64,000 nucleotides of DNA from Terriglobia bacterium (GCA_963739235.1 CAVTZY010000033.1:232226-296225); one strand, 5' to 3'. Shown: positions 21,967 to 32,103, numbered from the stretch's first letter. Program-made: numbers and translations. Notes: generated from the letters alone by a model not told the origin.

Positions 21967-24401
21967 ACGACTCGTCATCTACCCCCAAACCCGACTCTGA
22001 AGGCAGTGCGCCGCAGTCCGAGCCTGACCGGGAGCAGCCGCTGGCAAATGCAGTGGCGGATTTCTTTGATCTGCGGGCGCGCGGCGAGCCCATCGATGTG
22101 GAATCTTACTGCCGCCTTCACCCGGAATTCGGGGCATTGCGCTCTCAAATCGAAACCCTGGATCGATGGGGGGGATTGCTGGAAGAACCTGAGCCAACCG
22201 CCCCGGATCCGCCCGACGCGCCGCTGCCTGAAAAACTGTCAGGGCACAGGATCCTCAGTGTGATCGGCTCCGGCGGCATGGGACGAGTGCTGCTCGGGCA
22301 GGACGAGGCTCTGGGCCGGCCTGTCGCCGTCAAGGTCCTCCATCCACATTTCCTGAACAATACCCTCCTGCGTACACGCTTTATGCAGGAGGCGCGGGCC
22401 ATGGCCCGATTGCGCCACCCGAACATCGTTCACATCTACAACTTGGGCCAGCCGGAGGAGATCCCGCATTTTGTCATGGAATATGTTCAAGGCACCTCCC
22501 TGACGGAGGCGACGCACGCCTTGACTCTCGACCAGAAGGTCGAATTGATGGACAAAGTCTTGCGGGCCGTCGATTTCCTCCATCAGCACAACCTCGTGCA
22601 CCGCGACCTCAAGCCCAGCAACATCCTGGTCGGGCCGGATCTCGAGCCCAAAATCCTCGATTTCGGCCTTGCCCAGCAGGCGGACAGCGGCGGTCGCCTG
22701 ACCGTCGCGGGCGAGATTATGGGAACGCCGGATTACTTCTCTCCTGAACAGTCCCGGGCTGATCAGTCGCTCGATGCGCGCAGCGATATCTTCTCGCTGG
22801 GAATCATCCTCTATCACCTGCTTACGGGGACGCTGCCATTTCGCGCCGAAAAGCTGTCCGACCAGATGCGCTGCATCTGTGAACAGGATCCCGTCCTGCC
22901 CAGGCGCATCAATAGCAACATCCCCGGTGAGCTGCAAAACGTTTGCCTGAAAGCGCTGGAGAAGAATCCCGGCGACCGCTACCAGAGCGCGCGGGAAATG
23001 GCGGATGACCTGGCACGTTACCTCGCAGGCGAGCCGGTGCAGGCCAGCCCAACTTCATACTCGCGGATGATGGCCGGCAAAATCGAGCAGCACCTCCGTG
23101 ATTTGGAGGGGTGGAAGCAAGACCACATCCTTTCCCTCTATGAGTACGATTCATTTCGCAAACTCTATGACCGCCTGGTCGACCGCGAGGACGCGTGGAT
23201 TCTGGAAGTGCGCCGGCTGACCTTGTCACAGGTCACTCTTTATCTTGGAGCGTGGATCCTGGTTGTGGGCGCCATGCTGATCGAGTTGTTCCGCTACAAT
23301 CACCTGTCGGCCACCACGGCAGTCCTGCTCTCCGCAGCCGCTACTGTGCCGACCGCATGGATCGGGATTCGTTGCTGGCGGCAGGGCCACCTACGTATCG
23401 CGATCGCCTATCTGCTGGCATTTTGCTTGCTGCTGCCGGTCGTACTACTGATCATCATGGACAAGTGGCACCTGCTGGCAGGATTCACCTTAGGGGATAA
23501 CGCACTGGAGTTCTTCAATCTGTTCTCCGTGGCTCAGTCCGACGGTAACTTGCGGCCCACCAACGCCCAGCTCTGGTGGGCATTTGCGCTCTCCCTTCCC
23601 GCCTACCTCTGGCTGCGGCGGTTTACCAGGGCATCGGTCTTCTCGCTGGCCTTTGCCGTCATGGGCGCCCTGCTCGCACTCGTCACGCTGTTGCGAATGG
23701 GAGCCATCCAGTGGTTTCCCGATCACCCCGGCTGGTTCTTCTTGCGCCTGATCCCGGTCGCGCTGCTGTTCTTCCTGATTGCCGCCACCATCGAACGACG
23801 CAATCGCCCCGCCGATTCCCGCTACTTTTACCCCGTCGCAGTGCTGTTCACGTTCCTTGCGCTCTCCGGTGTGGCCGGATTTCATCAGCCATATCAGGAT
23901 TGGCTCAGGAGGACCATTCCGCAGACCCACGGGCTGATCGAATACCTGTTCATCATCAATGCCCTGGTTTATCTTTCGCTGCAGAGTTTCAGCGAGCGCT
24001 CCGGATCCCCGCAGATGCGCTCCGTAGCCAAAGTGTTCCGTTTCGTGATTCCGGGTCATGTGCTGACCTCACTTCTGCTGCTGGGGCTGAATGCTTCCGA
24101 AAAATTTGCGGATGGCCATAACCTCGCATGGCGTTTCGAGACCAGGTTTTTCGAGGTTTTGCTGCCGCTGGCTGCCCTCCTGTTTGTCTTCGGCAGTATT
24201 CCGAAGCAGATGAAAAACTTTTTCGCCAGCGGGTTGCTCTTCCTGGCCATCGGCATCACGCGCCTGCAGCAGGACTTTTTCAAGAATGACGCCGTCTGGC
24301 CGGTAAGCCTGCTGATCACCGGGCTCCTGCTCATGTACATCGCCGTCAATTACACTTCAATCAAACTGGCACTGACGCGCCGGTTCAGGCGCAAAATGTG
24401 A
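21963..24401 (+). CDS. Ser/Thr protein kinase with a large polytopic C-terminal membrane domain
   Basis: 'GSGGMGRVLLG', 'AVKVL', 'HRDLKPSNIL', 'DFGLA', 'GTPDYFSPEQ', followed by about 400 aa of TM helices. Start overlaps the sigma-factor stop (ATGA at 21963-21966). Confidence 0.9.
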   Translation: MNDSSSTPKPDSEGSAPQSEPDREQPLANAVADFFDLRARGEPIDVESYCRLHPEFGALRSQIETLDRWGGLLEEPEPTAPDPPDAPLPEKLSGHRILSVIGSGGMGRVLLGQDEALGRPVAVKVLHPHFLNNTLLRTRFMQEARAMARLRHPNIVHIYNLGQPEEIPHFVMEYVQGTSLTEATHALTLDQKVELMDKVLRAVDFLHQHNLVHRDLKPSNILVGPDLEPKILDFGLAQQADSGGRLTVAGEIMGTPDYFSPEQSRADQSLDARSDIFSLGIILYHLLTGTLPFRAEKLSDQMRCICEQDPVLPRRINSNIPGELQNVCLKALEKNPGDRYQSAREMADDLARYLAGEPVQASPTSYSRMMAGKIEQHLRDLEGWKQDHILSLYEYDSFRKLYDRLVDREDAWILEVRRLTLSQVTLYLGAWILVVGAMLIELFRYNHLSATTAVLLSAAATVPTAWIGIRCWRQGHLRIAIAYLLAFCLLLPVVLLIIMDKWHLLAGFTLGDNALEFFNLFSVAQSDGNLRPTNAQLWWAFALSLPAYLWLRRFTRASVFSLAFAVMGALLALVTLLRMGAIQWFPDHPGWFFLRLIPVALLFFLIAATIERRNRPADSRYFYPVAVLFTFLALSGVAGFHQPYQDWLRRTIPQTHGLIEYLFIINALVYLSLQSFSERSGSPQMRSVAKVFRFVIPGHVLTSLLLLGLNASEKFADGHNLAWRFETRFFEVLLPLAALLFVFGSIPKQMKNFFASGLLFLAIGITRLQQDFFKNDAVWPVSLLITGLLLMYIAVNYTSIKLALTRRFRRKM

Positions 24402-24484
24402 AGGAACAACGAGAGACGAATCCTCACGAATAATTTGCAATTTCGTATGTCGCGTTACCGGTTGCCGGAAGGATAGAGGCCGGA

Positions 24485-24712
24485 ATGACCAAGGTCCGGG
24501 TGCAATGTTATGCGGGTTATCGCGGGGACCAGAGGCCGGTCAGATTCATGCTCGGAGAGCAGGGATACCAGGTGCGGGAAATCGAGGACCAGTGGTACTC
24601 GCCCGGAGCCATCTATTTCCGTGTGCTGGCGGAGGACGGAAACCTTTATGTTCTTCGTCACGATGAAGTACAGGATGTCTGGACTCTGGAGGGATTCCGC
24701 GCGCAACGCTGA
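24485..24712 (+). CDS. small hypothetical protein (75 aa)
   Basis: Isolated ORF in an otherwise empty gap with plausible globular composition. No family recognised. Confidence 0.4.
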   Translation: MTKVRVQCYAGYRGDQRPVRFMLGEQGYQVREIEDQWYSPGAIYFRVLAEDGNLYVLRHDEVQDVWTLEGFRAQR

Positions 24713-24725
24713 CATCGCCCCGTGT

Positions 24726-25325
24726 TTACTTGCCGGGAGCCACCTTGGTCTGACCCCGGAAATAGCGCACAACCAGGAATACCAGGAAAGCGCCGGCCAG
24801 CATCAGCATCAAAACAGGGTAGTGATCCTTGATCACATCGGCGGCCTGATCACCGAACTGGGCGCCGAGGCAGGCCAGGACCGAGTAACGTAGCAGGCGG
24901 CCCACGAACACGCCGTTGGCAAACTTCGATATGCGCACGTGAAACGCGCCCGCAGCCAGAATGGCGAACTTGGTCGGAAAGGGGGGCGGAGCGGCAACCC
25001 CCGCCGCCACCGCCGCGAAAGCGTTCCGGTCGAGCTTCTGCTTCATCCAGGCCCTTTTGTCCGCGCTGAAGCGCGACAGCGCCATTTCGCCCGTGGCATG
25101 CGCAAACCGATACAGGACCAGACAGCCGAGCGTGGACCCTATGGTGGCAGCAAGGATGATGGGAATGATCTGCATGGGACGCTGCCAGGCAAGCAGGATC
25201 ACCACTGCGTCCGGTCCGCCCATCATCGGTACAGCCGCCGAATCAGTGAAGGCAATGACCAACAGGCCGGGAACCCCCCACAGCAAAAGATACTGGTTTA
25301 GTTGCTGCAATAAACTCGATTCCAC
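24726..25325 (-). CDS. YqaA/DedA-superfamily (VTT domain) membrane protein
   Basis: 199-aa multi-TM ORF. The 'FTDSAAVPMMGGPDAVVILLA' pattern resembles YqaA-type proteins. Confidence 0.65.
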   Translation of the reverse strand: MESSLLQQLNQYLLLWGVPGLLVIAFTDSAAVPMMGGPDAVVILLAWQRPMQIIPIILAATIGSTLGCLVLYRFAHATGEMALSRFSADKRAWMKQKLDRNAFAAVAAGVAAPPPFPTKFAILAAGAFHVRISKFANGVFVGRLLRYSVLACLGAQFGDQAADVIKDHYPVLMLMLAGAFLVFLVVRYFRGQTKVAPGK

Positions 25326-25589
25326 TTACCCGATCTCCGTTGCCTTTTTGTAGACCTCTTACTTTACCCTATGCGCACTCTTATGCTGAGCATATTATTT
25401 GTCCGTTCGAGTAGACGCGCTGGGAAACCCTGCCGTGCACAGGCGCGTTGCAATAATCAGATCGAACTAGTCAGTCATGGCGCAGGCACCCAATCCTGCA
25501 AGTCAGCACCCTCCTGATCCGTTCTCTCAAGCCACTTGATTGACATCTTCGAAGGGATGGGACTATGTTAATTGCCGGGGGACGATGCG

Positions 25590-26828
25590 ATGATCTCCCG
25601 TCGCCGGCTTTTGATCGATGCAGCAAAACTCGGACCGCTTGCTTGTGCGAGCCTTGCGTGGCCATGTCATTCCTGGCAAGCGCTCGCGTTCGGCGAAGAC
25701 GCCGATTCAGGTTCGGCGCAGATTGAGGACCTCGCACGCACTGCCCCGAAGGCGCGCTACTGGATTTCGAGCGCCTCCCCTGGTGTCGACTGCCTGAAGT
25801 GCCACACCCCCGGCGAGGATCTCTCCGATCGCCAGCATCACGCGAAAGACAAAGACCCCGCCGTCAAGTGCCTCCTGTGCGCGCAGGGCTGCACAATCGC
25901 CGGCGGCGAAAGGGGCAAGTGCCGTGCCAGGATGAACGTCAGGGGTGAATTGCGCAGCCTGGTCTACGGCCGCCCCATGGCGACTCAGGTCGATCCCATC
26001 GAAAAGAAACCCTTCTATCATTTCCTGCCTGGATCGGTAGCATTCTCGATGGCAACTTCCGGGTGCCCGTTGCGGTGTAAATTCTGTCAGAATTGGCAGC
26101 TTTCGCAGGCGCGCCCCGAAGACTACGCGACACCCACTGTCAGTCCTTCCTCGATCGTGGAAACCGTGCGCGCACGTTCGATCCCGGTCATCGCTTTCAC
26201 CTATAACGAACCTACCGTTTTCACCGAGTACTTGACCGATATTGCCCGGCTGGCCCGCAAACAGAACAAACGCTGCGTCATGGTCAGCTGTGGATTCATG
26301 AATCCTGAACCTCTGGCGGAAATGTGTTCGGTACTCGACGCGATCAAGATCGACCTCAAAGGCTTTGACGAGTCGTTTTATCGCAATGTCTGCAGCGCGG
26401 AGTTGCGTCCGGTCCTCCGGACCATTCAACAAATCTCAAACAGCCGGGTCCACCTCGAAATCGTCAACCTGGTTGTCCCTACCCTGAACGATTCGGACAA
26501 GATGCTGCATGCGCTGGTGGACTGGGTTGCAGGCGAGCTCGGCCCGGATGTACCGATTCATTTCACGGCCTTCCATCCCGAATACCAGCTTTTGAACCTG
26601 CCTAACACCCCGGTCAGCACTCTCGAGCGCGCCCGCAACATGGCGCTCAGCAAGGGTATACATTTTCCTTACGTGGGCAACGTTCCGGGTCACCCAGGAG
26701 ACAACACCTACTGCCCTGCCTGCAGCAAGGTCCTGATCAAGAGAAAGGGATATTTCATTCTAGAGACGAACCTCAAGGACGGGCGCTGCAAATTCTGCGG
26801 CAAGGCGATTGCAGGAGTGTGGGCCTGA
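25590..26828 (+). CDS. AmmeMemoRadiSam-system radical SAM enzyme with a twin-arginine signal-like N-terminus
   Basis: 'CPLRCKFCQNWQLS' CxxxCxxC motif and 'DPIEKKPFYHFLPGS'. N-terminus 'MISRRRLLIDAAKLGPLACASLAW..QALAFG'. The next gene is a Memo/AMMECR1 fusion. Confidence 0.8.
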   Translation: MISRRRLLIDAAKLGPLACASLAWPCHSWQALAFGEDADSGSAQIEDLARTAPKARYWISSASPGVDCLKCHTPGEDLSDRQHHAKDKDPAVKCLLCAQGCTIAGGERGKCRARMNVRGELRSLVYGRPMATQVDPIEKKPFYHFLPGSVAFSMATSGCPLRCKFCQNWQLSQARPEDYATPTVSPSSIVETVRARSIPVIAFTYNEPTVFTEYLTDIARLARKQNKRCVMVSCGFMNPEPLAEMCSVLDAIKIDLKGFDESFYRNVCSAELRPVLRTIQQISNSRVHLEIVNLVVPTLNDSDKMLHALVDWVAGELGPDVPIHFTAFHPEYQLLNLPNTPVSTLERARNMALSKGIHFPYVGNVPGHPGDNTYCPACSKVLIKRKGYFILETNLKDGRCKFCGKAIAGVWA

Positions 26829-27023
26829 CGCACACACAGAGGCCGCAGCGGGATATATCGACTTCCCATTCGCAGCTTTTCATAGGTTTCAAGAGAACGC
26901 AAAACTCGGTATGCTTCCTGTGATTATGCTGCGGCAGAAAATCTGTGTGTCTGCCATCTGCCTGCAGGTTTACAATATTGATCTGAATTCCAATATCACG
27001 TGGTCAAACGGAGGATTTCAGCC

Positions 27024-28571
27024 ATGAAAGCCATTCGCATGCATTTTCTAATGTTGCCGCTCCTGCTCGTCTGTTGCATCGGCAGCAGTGTGGGGGAACA
27101 AAAGGCATCGAGTGTACGTCCTCCAGCCGTAGCCGGCCAGTTTTACCCATCCGATCCGGCCCGCTTGAAGCTGGCGGTGCAGCAATTCCTCGAGGATGCT
27201 CTCCCGGCCGCCATTGAGAAGCCGGTCGCTATTGTCGTTCCTCATGCCGGCTACCTCTACTCGGGGCAGATCGCCGCCGACGGTTATCGCCAGGTGAAGG
27301 GGCAGAATTACGACACCGTAGTGGTGCTCGGCACCAACCATGGCAGAAACCAGGCCAGCGCCAACCTGACCGGCATTTCCGTATACCCGAGCGGCTCCTA
27401 CAAAACTCCATTGGGCGAGGCCGCAATCGATACGACAATGGCAGGCGCGCTGCTGGCAGAAGATTCCGATTGTTCGGCGAACACGGCTGCACAGGCGAAT
27501 GAGCACTCCATCGAGGTTCAAGTTCCATTTATCCAGACCCTGTTCCCCACCGCCAAAATCGTGCCGCTCATGATCGGCATGCCGGATCCATCCATGTGCT
27601 CACGCCTCGGCAAGGCGATAGCCAAAGTTTCTAAAGACAAACGGGTGCTGGTGGTGGCAAGTTCCGATCTCTCGCATTTTCCCGGTTATGAGGACTCCTC
27701 CAACGTCGACAGACAGACCCTGGAAGCCATCGCCAGGCTCGACCCCGGTCAATTCTCGTCAAAAGTGCGCGCCCTGATGTCACGTGGTATTCCCGGCCTG
27801 GAAACGTGCGCCTGCGGCGAGGGACCGATCCTGGCTGCGATGGCGGCGGCAAAAGCCATGGGCGCCGGCCGGGGAATCGTCGTGAGCTGTGCCAATACTG
27901 GTGATGCAGTAGCCGAAGACAGATCTCGCGTCGTGGGTTATGGATCGGTTGTTTTTGCCGCCGGCGACGGGACGCCTGATCTCCGGGCTTTGAGCCGCAC
28001 CGCGGGGCCGCCGCCTTCAGGCCCGCTGCAAGCCGCGGACAAAAGAGCGCTGTTGAAACTGGCGCGGCAGAGCCTGCAACGTTTTCTCACTACTGAGACC
28101 ATCCCCCTCGCCCGGAATCTGGCGCCCAGACTGCAGTTTCCGCAAGGCGCTTTCGTCACGCTCAAGCAGCACGGTGAGCTGCGCGGCTGCATCGGCCGTC
28201 TCATGGGAGATTTTCCGCTCGGCCTGACGGCGAGCTGGATGGCCGTGCAAGCGGGCGAATATGATTCCCGCTTTCCTCCCGTAACCCTCAAGGAACTCGG
28301 CGGCCTGGAAATTGAGATTTCTGTCATGACCCCTATGAAACCGATCGCCAAGCCGTCGGAAATCGTGATCGGCCGCGACGGCGTCGTAATCCAGAAAAGC
28401 GGCCGATCTGCCGTTTTTCTGCCTCAGGTGGCGACGGAACAAGGTTGGGGGCTGTCGGAAATGCTGGACAATCTCTGTCTCAAAGCCGGCCTGCCGCGCG
28501 ATGCCTGGAAAAGCGGCGCACAGTTCCGGGTCTTCCAGGCCGAGGTCTTCAGTGAAACTCAGTTCAAATAG
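27024..28571 (+). CDS. Memo-like (AmmeMemoRadiSam protein B) fused to an AMMECR1 domain (protein A), with a signal peptide
   Basis: Signal 'MKAIRMHFLMLPLLLVCCIGSSVG'. Memo motif 'AGQFYP...VVPHAGYLYSG'. AMMECR1 motif 'GAFVTLKQHGELRGCIGRL'. GGAGGA RBS before the ATG at 27024. Confidence 0.8.
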   Translation: MKAIRMHFLMLPLLLVCCIGSSVGEQKASSVRPPAVAGQFYPSDPARLKLAVQQFLEDALPAAIEKPVAIVVPHAGYLYSGQIAADGYRQVKGQNYDTVVVLGTNHGRNQASANLTGISVYPSGSYKTPLGEAAIDTTMAGALLAEDSDCSANTAAQANEHSIEVQVPFIQTLFPTAKIVPLMIGMPDPSMCSRLGKAIAKVSKDKRVLVVASSDLSHFPGYEDSSNVDRQTLEAIARLDPGQFSSKVRALMSRGIPGLETCACGEGPILAAMAAAKAMGAGRGIVVSCANTGDAVAEDRSRVVGYGSVVFAAGDGTPDLRALSRTAGPPPSGPLQAADKRALLKLARQSLQRFLTTETIPLARNLAPRLQFPQGAFVTLKQHGELRGCIGRLMGDFPLGLTASWMAVQAGEYDSRFPPVTLKELGGLEIEISVMTPMKPIAKPSEIVIGRDGVVIQKSGRSAVFLPQVATEQGWGLSEMLDNLCLKAGLPRDAWKSGAQFRVFQAEVFSETQFK

Positions 28572-28577
28572 CCCATC

Positions 28578-30743
28578 ATGATGGATCTGCTGATCATCGG
28601 ACTCGTCTCAATACTCGGGCAGGCGGTATTGCTCCGGGAACTGAGCGTGGCCTTCTATGGCATTGAACTGATCTATGTCCTGTCCATGGGTATCTGGCTT
28701 GTCTGGGCCGCCCTCGGCGCGGTAATAGGCAGGCGAAACCTCAGCCCCTCCGGCACCTGGATTCGATTTTTCTTTCTCCTGTATTCACTTCTCCTCCCCG
28801 CAGACGTGGTGTTCATTCGCTCCATCCGAGCGATCTTTTCCCAAGTGCCCGGCGCCTACCTCCCGTTTTCACATCAGATCCTGGCAATGTCGGCAGCTCT
28901 GCTTCCGATCGGCCTGCTTTCGGGATTGATTTTCCAATGGGCGGCCAAGCTGTACCTGGTCAGGGGGCGCACGCTTGCCGGGGCCTATGCCCTCGAAAGC
29001 ACAGGCGGATTGGCTGGCGGACTTTGTGCGACCTGTTTTCTCAGATTTGGTCTTCAAAATCTGACCATCGCAATTCTCTGCGCGATCTTTGCGCTGAGTG
29101 CAGTGTTGGCCGGCCGGGAGAAAAACCGGGGGATCCGCATAGCCGCCGCAGCAGCAGGTGCTATGGCACTTATCCTGCTCTGGCGCGCCGGCCCCATCGA
29201 TCGCGCGATGACCGCATGGACACATCCAAACCTGCTGGCTACGCAGGACACCCCTTACTGCCGTATCACGGTGACGCATCAGGGAGGCCAGATCGCAGTT
29301 TACGAGAATGATGCCCTGTCGTTCGAAACTGAGGGCACCGAAGCGGAAGAGTTTGTCCACATGGCAGCCCTGATGCACCCACGGCCGGCCCGGGTTTTGA
29401 TCCTCGGCGGCGGCATCGAAGGCACTGTCCGGGAGATCCTGAAGCATGCTCCGGCGCAGGTGGACTATGTGGAACTGAACCCGGCCATGTTGACGATGGT
29501 CGCGCCAAATCTTCCCAGGGAACTGCAGGAACCGCTGCATGCACCTTCGGTTCGAGTCACGGCTGCTGATGCCCGGCGCTTCCTGCGCAGCGCCGGCCTC
29601 TTTGATCTAATACTAATCGGCATGCCGGAACCTGATTCCGGGCAGGCGAATCGGTTTTATACACTGGAGTTTTTCGAGCAGTGCGCCGCGCATCTCAGTT
29701 CGGATGGAATCCTGGCATTCCGTTTGAAAGCCGGGGAAAACTTCTGGACCTCTCAACAGGCAGGCCGTGCCGTGAGCATCTATAGGTCGCTGAGGGCGGC
29801 CCTGCCTCGAGTTCAGGTTTTGCCGGGGACAGCCAGCATCTTTGCGGCGTCAATGCAGCCTCTTCCCACAGACCCGGCTTTGCTATCCTCCCGCCTGGAA
29901 GCGCGCGGCATTGGCACCAGGCTCGTATCCGCGCCTTACATTCGCTACATCTACACCAACGACCGGTATTTCAAGATCGCGCATCTGCTCGACACCGTGT
30001 CGGCTCCGCTTAACACCGATGTCCGCCCCATTTGCTACCAGTACACCCTCATGATCTGGCTTTCCAAGTTTTACCCGAGCGTGGCAGTTCTCGACTTATC
30101 TTCACTTGTCGCCTGGGGTCATTCCCATCAGCCATTCTTGTGGTTGGTGGCGTTGGCACTACCTCTCATGTTCGTGATTTGTCGCCGGCGCCCGCCCCTG
30201 CGCCGCGCTCTGCTCGTCGGGATTGCGGCCTTCGTGGGCATGGTTCTTGAAACCTTGCTCGTGCTGTATTACCAGGTAAAGAGCGGCATTCTCTATCAGG
30301 ATATAGGAATTCTGCTTATGGGTTTCATGGCCGGGCTTGCTCTGGGCGCGCGGGTGACCGACAGACATGTCTTTGCCCGGATGCGCGGCATGCCGCGGTG
30401 GTATGGCTTGGTCTTGTGCGCAGGATTCACTCTTTTCAGCATGGTCACGAGTCTGAGCATACGGGCCGGCACGATAGACGGCCTTGCAGAAATTACGGGA
30501 TTGCTTTTGATCACGGGCTTCCTGGTCGCCTCCGTATTTGCATACGCGAGTTTGGAGAGCGACCAGGATCAGAGAAACATGGTGGCGCCGCTGTATTCCG
30601 CAGACCTCATCGGCGGCTGCATGGGTTCAGTGGCCAGCACTCTCCTGCTGATTCCGATTGCGGGTCTGGTGGCAACCGCAGCCTCCATGGCGCCGCTGGC
30701 ACTGCTGTCCATTCTACTCCTGAGGTGGAAAGGAAATGGGTAG
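28578..30743 (+). CDS. polytopic membrane protein fused to a spermidine-synthase-like SAM-fold domain
   Basis: 721 aa. N- and C-terminal TM bundles flank 'VLILGGGIEGTVREIL...VDYVELNP'. Only a 6-nt gap from the preceding gene. Confidence 0.7.
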   Translation: MMDLLIIGLVSILGQAVLLRELSVAFYGIELIYVLSMGIWLVWAALGAVIGRRNLSPSGTWIRFFFLLYSLLLPADVVFIRSIRAIFSQVPGAYLPFSHQILAMSAALLPIGLLSGLIFQWAAKLYLVRGRTLAGAYALESTGGLAGGLCATCFLRFGLQNLTIAILCAIFALSAVLAGREKNRGIRIAAAAAGAMALILLWRAGPIDRAMTAWTHPNLLATQDTPYCRITVTHQGGQIAVYENDALSFETEGTEAEEFVHMAALMHPRPARVLILGGGIEGTVREILKHAPAQVDYVELNPAMLTMVAPNLPRELQEPLHAPSVRVTAADARRFLRSAGLFDLILIGMPEPDSGQANRFYTLEFFEQCAAHLSSDGILAFRLKAGENFWTSQQAGRAVSIYRSLRAALPRVQVLPGTASIFAASMQPLPTDPALLSSRLEARGIGTRLVSAPYIRYIYTNDRYFKIAHLLDTVSAPLNTDVRPICYQYTLMIWLSKFYPSVAVLDLSSLVAWGHSHQPFLWLVALALPLMFVICRRRPPLRRALLVGIAAFVGMVLETLLVLYYQVKSGILYQDIGILLMGFMAGLALGARVTDRHVFARMRGMPRWYGLVLCAGFTLFSMVTSLSIRAGTIDGLAEITGLLLITGFLVASVFAYASLESDQDQRNMVAPLYSADLIGGCMGSVASTLLLIPIAGLVATAASMAPLALLSILLLRWKGNG

Positions 30744-30802
30744 GATTGACGATTGACGTTTGAAAGCCGCGTCAATCGTAAATCGTCAATGAGGGGGGAC
30801 GT

Positions 30803-31792
30803 ATGATTTCCGTTCACATGGAAAATGGACAGATATCCATCCGGAAAAGGCCGCGTCCGCGCAGGCCGCGAGGCTTTGCCCTGATCCGCTTGCTGTGTGG
30901 GGGCATATGCAATACGGACCTGGAACTGCAGCGAGGCTACTATGGTTTCCGTGGCACACCCGGTCATGAGTTTGTCGGCATCGTCGTGGCGGCGGACACA
31001 CCCAGGCTCTTGGGCCGGCGTGTGGTCGGCGAAATCAATCTTGCCTGCGGCAAGTGCTCCTGGTGTCGGCGGCGGCTCGGCCGTCATTGCCCTGGACGCA
31101 AGGTGCTGGGCATCGTGGGCCAGCCAGGCGTGTTCGCCGAGTATTTTGTACTGCCGGAATGCAATCTGCATGCTGTGCCGGATTCAATCCCCACGGAATC
31201 TGCCGTTTTTATGGAACCGCTGGCAGCCGCCTGCGAGGTCCTGGACCAGTTGCACATCCCGCGTGCAGCCCCGGTCGCGGTGCTCGGCGACGGCAAGCTC
31301 GGCCTCCTGATTGCCCAGGTGCTTCACCTCTACGGCACAGAGGTTCATCTTTACGGACATCACCGCGAGCGGATGCGCATCGCCGCGGTGGCAGGCATCC
31401 GAACCGCACAGGCACCCACACGGCCGCGTGCTGTGTACGATTGGCTGGTAGAGGTCACAGGTTCTGCTGAGGGCCTGAGTTTGGCCATCCAAATGGTGCG
31501 TCCACGCTCTACCATCGTCATGAAGTCGACGGTCCATGCGCAGGTGGCCGTCGACTTTGCTCATCTGATCGTGAACGAAATTACTCTGATCGGCTCGCGC
31601 TGCGGCCGCTTCCAACCCGCACTCCGTCTGCTGCGCGAGGGTAAGATACGCGTTTCTGAAATGATCTCGGCGAGAATGCCGCTCTCGGATGCTCCTCGCG
31701 CATTTGATCTCGCGGCGACGAAGGGCTCCCTCAAAGTGCTCTTATTCCCCGATGAAGCCGCGGATCAAGCCAATTTCCTGCTTCGAAAATAG
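30803..31792 (+). CDS. zinc-dependent alcohol dehydrogenase family (MDR) protein
   Basis: 'GHEFVG' catalytic Zn motif, 'CGKCSWCRRRLGRHC' structural Zn site, 'VLGDGKLG' nucleotide fold. Confidence 0.85.
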   Translation: MISVHMENGQISIRKRPRPRRPRGFALIRLLCGGICNTDLELQRGYYGFRGTPGHEFVGIVVAADTPRLLGRRVVGEINLACGKCSWCRRRLGRHCPGRKVLGIVGQPGVFAEYFVLPECNLHAVPDSIPTESAVFMEPLAAACEVLDQLHIPRAAPVAVLGDGKLGLLIAQVLHLYGTEVHLYGHHRERMRIAAVAGIRTAQAPTRPRAVYDWLVEVTGSAEGLSLAIQMVRPRSTIVMKSTVHAQVAVDFAHLIVNEITLIGSRCGRFQPALRLLREGKIRVSEMISARMPLSDAPRAFDLAATKGSLKVLLFPDEAADQANFLLRK

Positions 31793-31826
31793 AACCGATT
31801 GCGGCGCGGAACCACTTGTGTGTTTC

Positions 31827-32032
31827 TGTCCCGCCCTTTCAGGGCTAAGCATTGCACGACCTTGAAAACCCCGAAGGGGTGGCGCAGCAAAGCCCAGGGC
31901 GTGAGCCCTGGGAACAGGGAACGGAGCGAAAAGAGCCCTGAAAGGGCGGCACAGGAAACCTGCGGCGAGAGCGCAACATTTTCATGCGTCAGGGGTGCGC
32001 CCCAGGCGCATGGAGGACTGCTCCGAAAATAA
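31827..32032. repeat. Family-B palindromic repeat, copy 2
   Basis: 'cccgccctttcagggctaagcattgcac..aaaccccgaaggggtggcgcagcaaagcccagggcgtgagccctggg..agccctgaaagggcgg'. Near-identical blocks to 10881-11197. Confidence 0.8.
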
Positions 32033-32052
32033 CTCGCGCAAAAACTGCAAAA

Positions 32053-32103
32053 GCAGCCACGAATGACACGAACTTCTTACCCATTCGTGGCATTCGTGGC
32101 TGC
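32053..32103. repeat. Family-A-derived hairpin (short form)
   Basis: 'gcagccacgaatgacacgaa' and 'ttcgtggcattcgtggctgc' arms. Flanked by the same 'aaaactgcaaaa' and 'aaaagaccatcaattttcatgcg' ends as 5556-5795. Confidence 0.7.
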
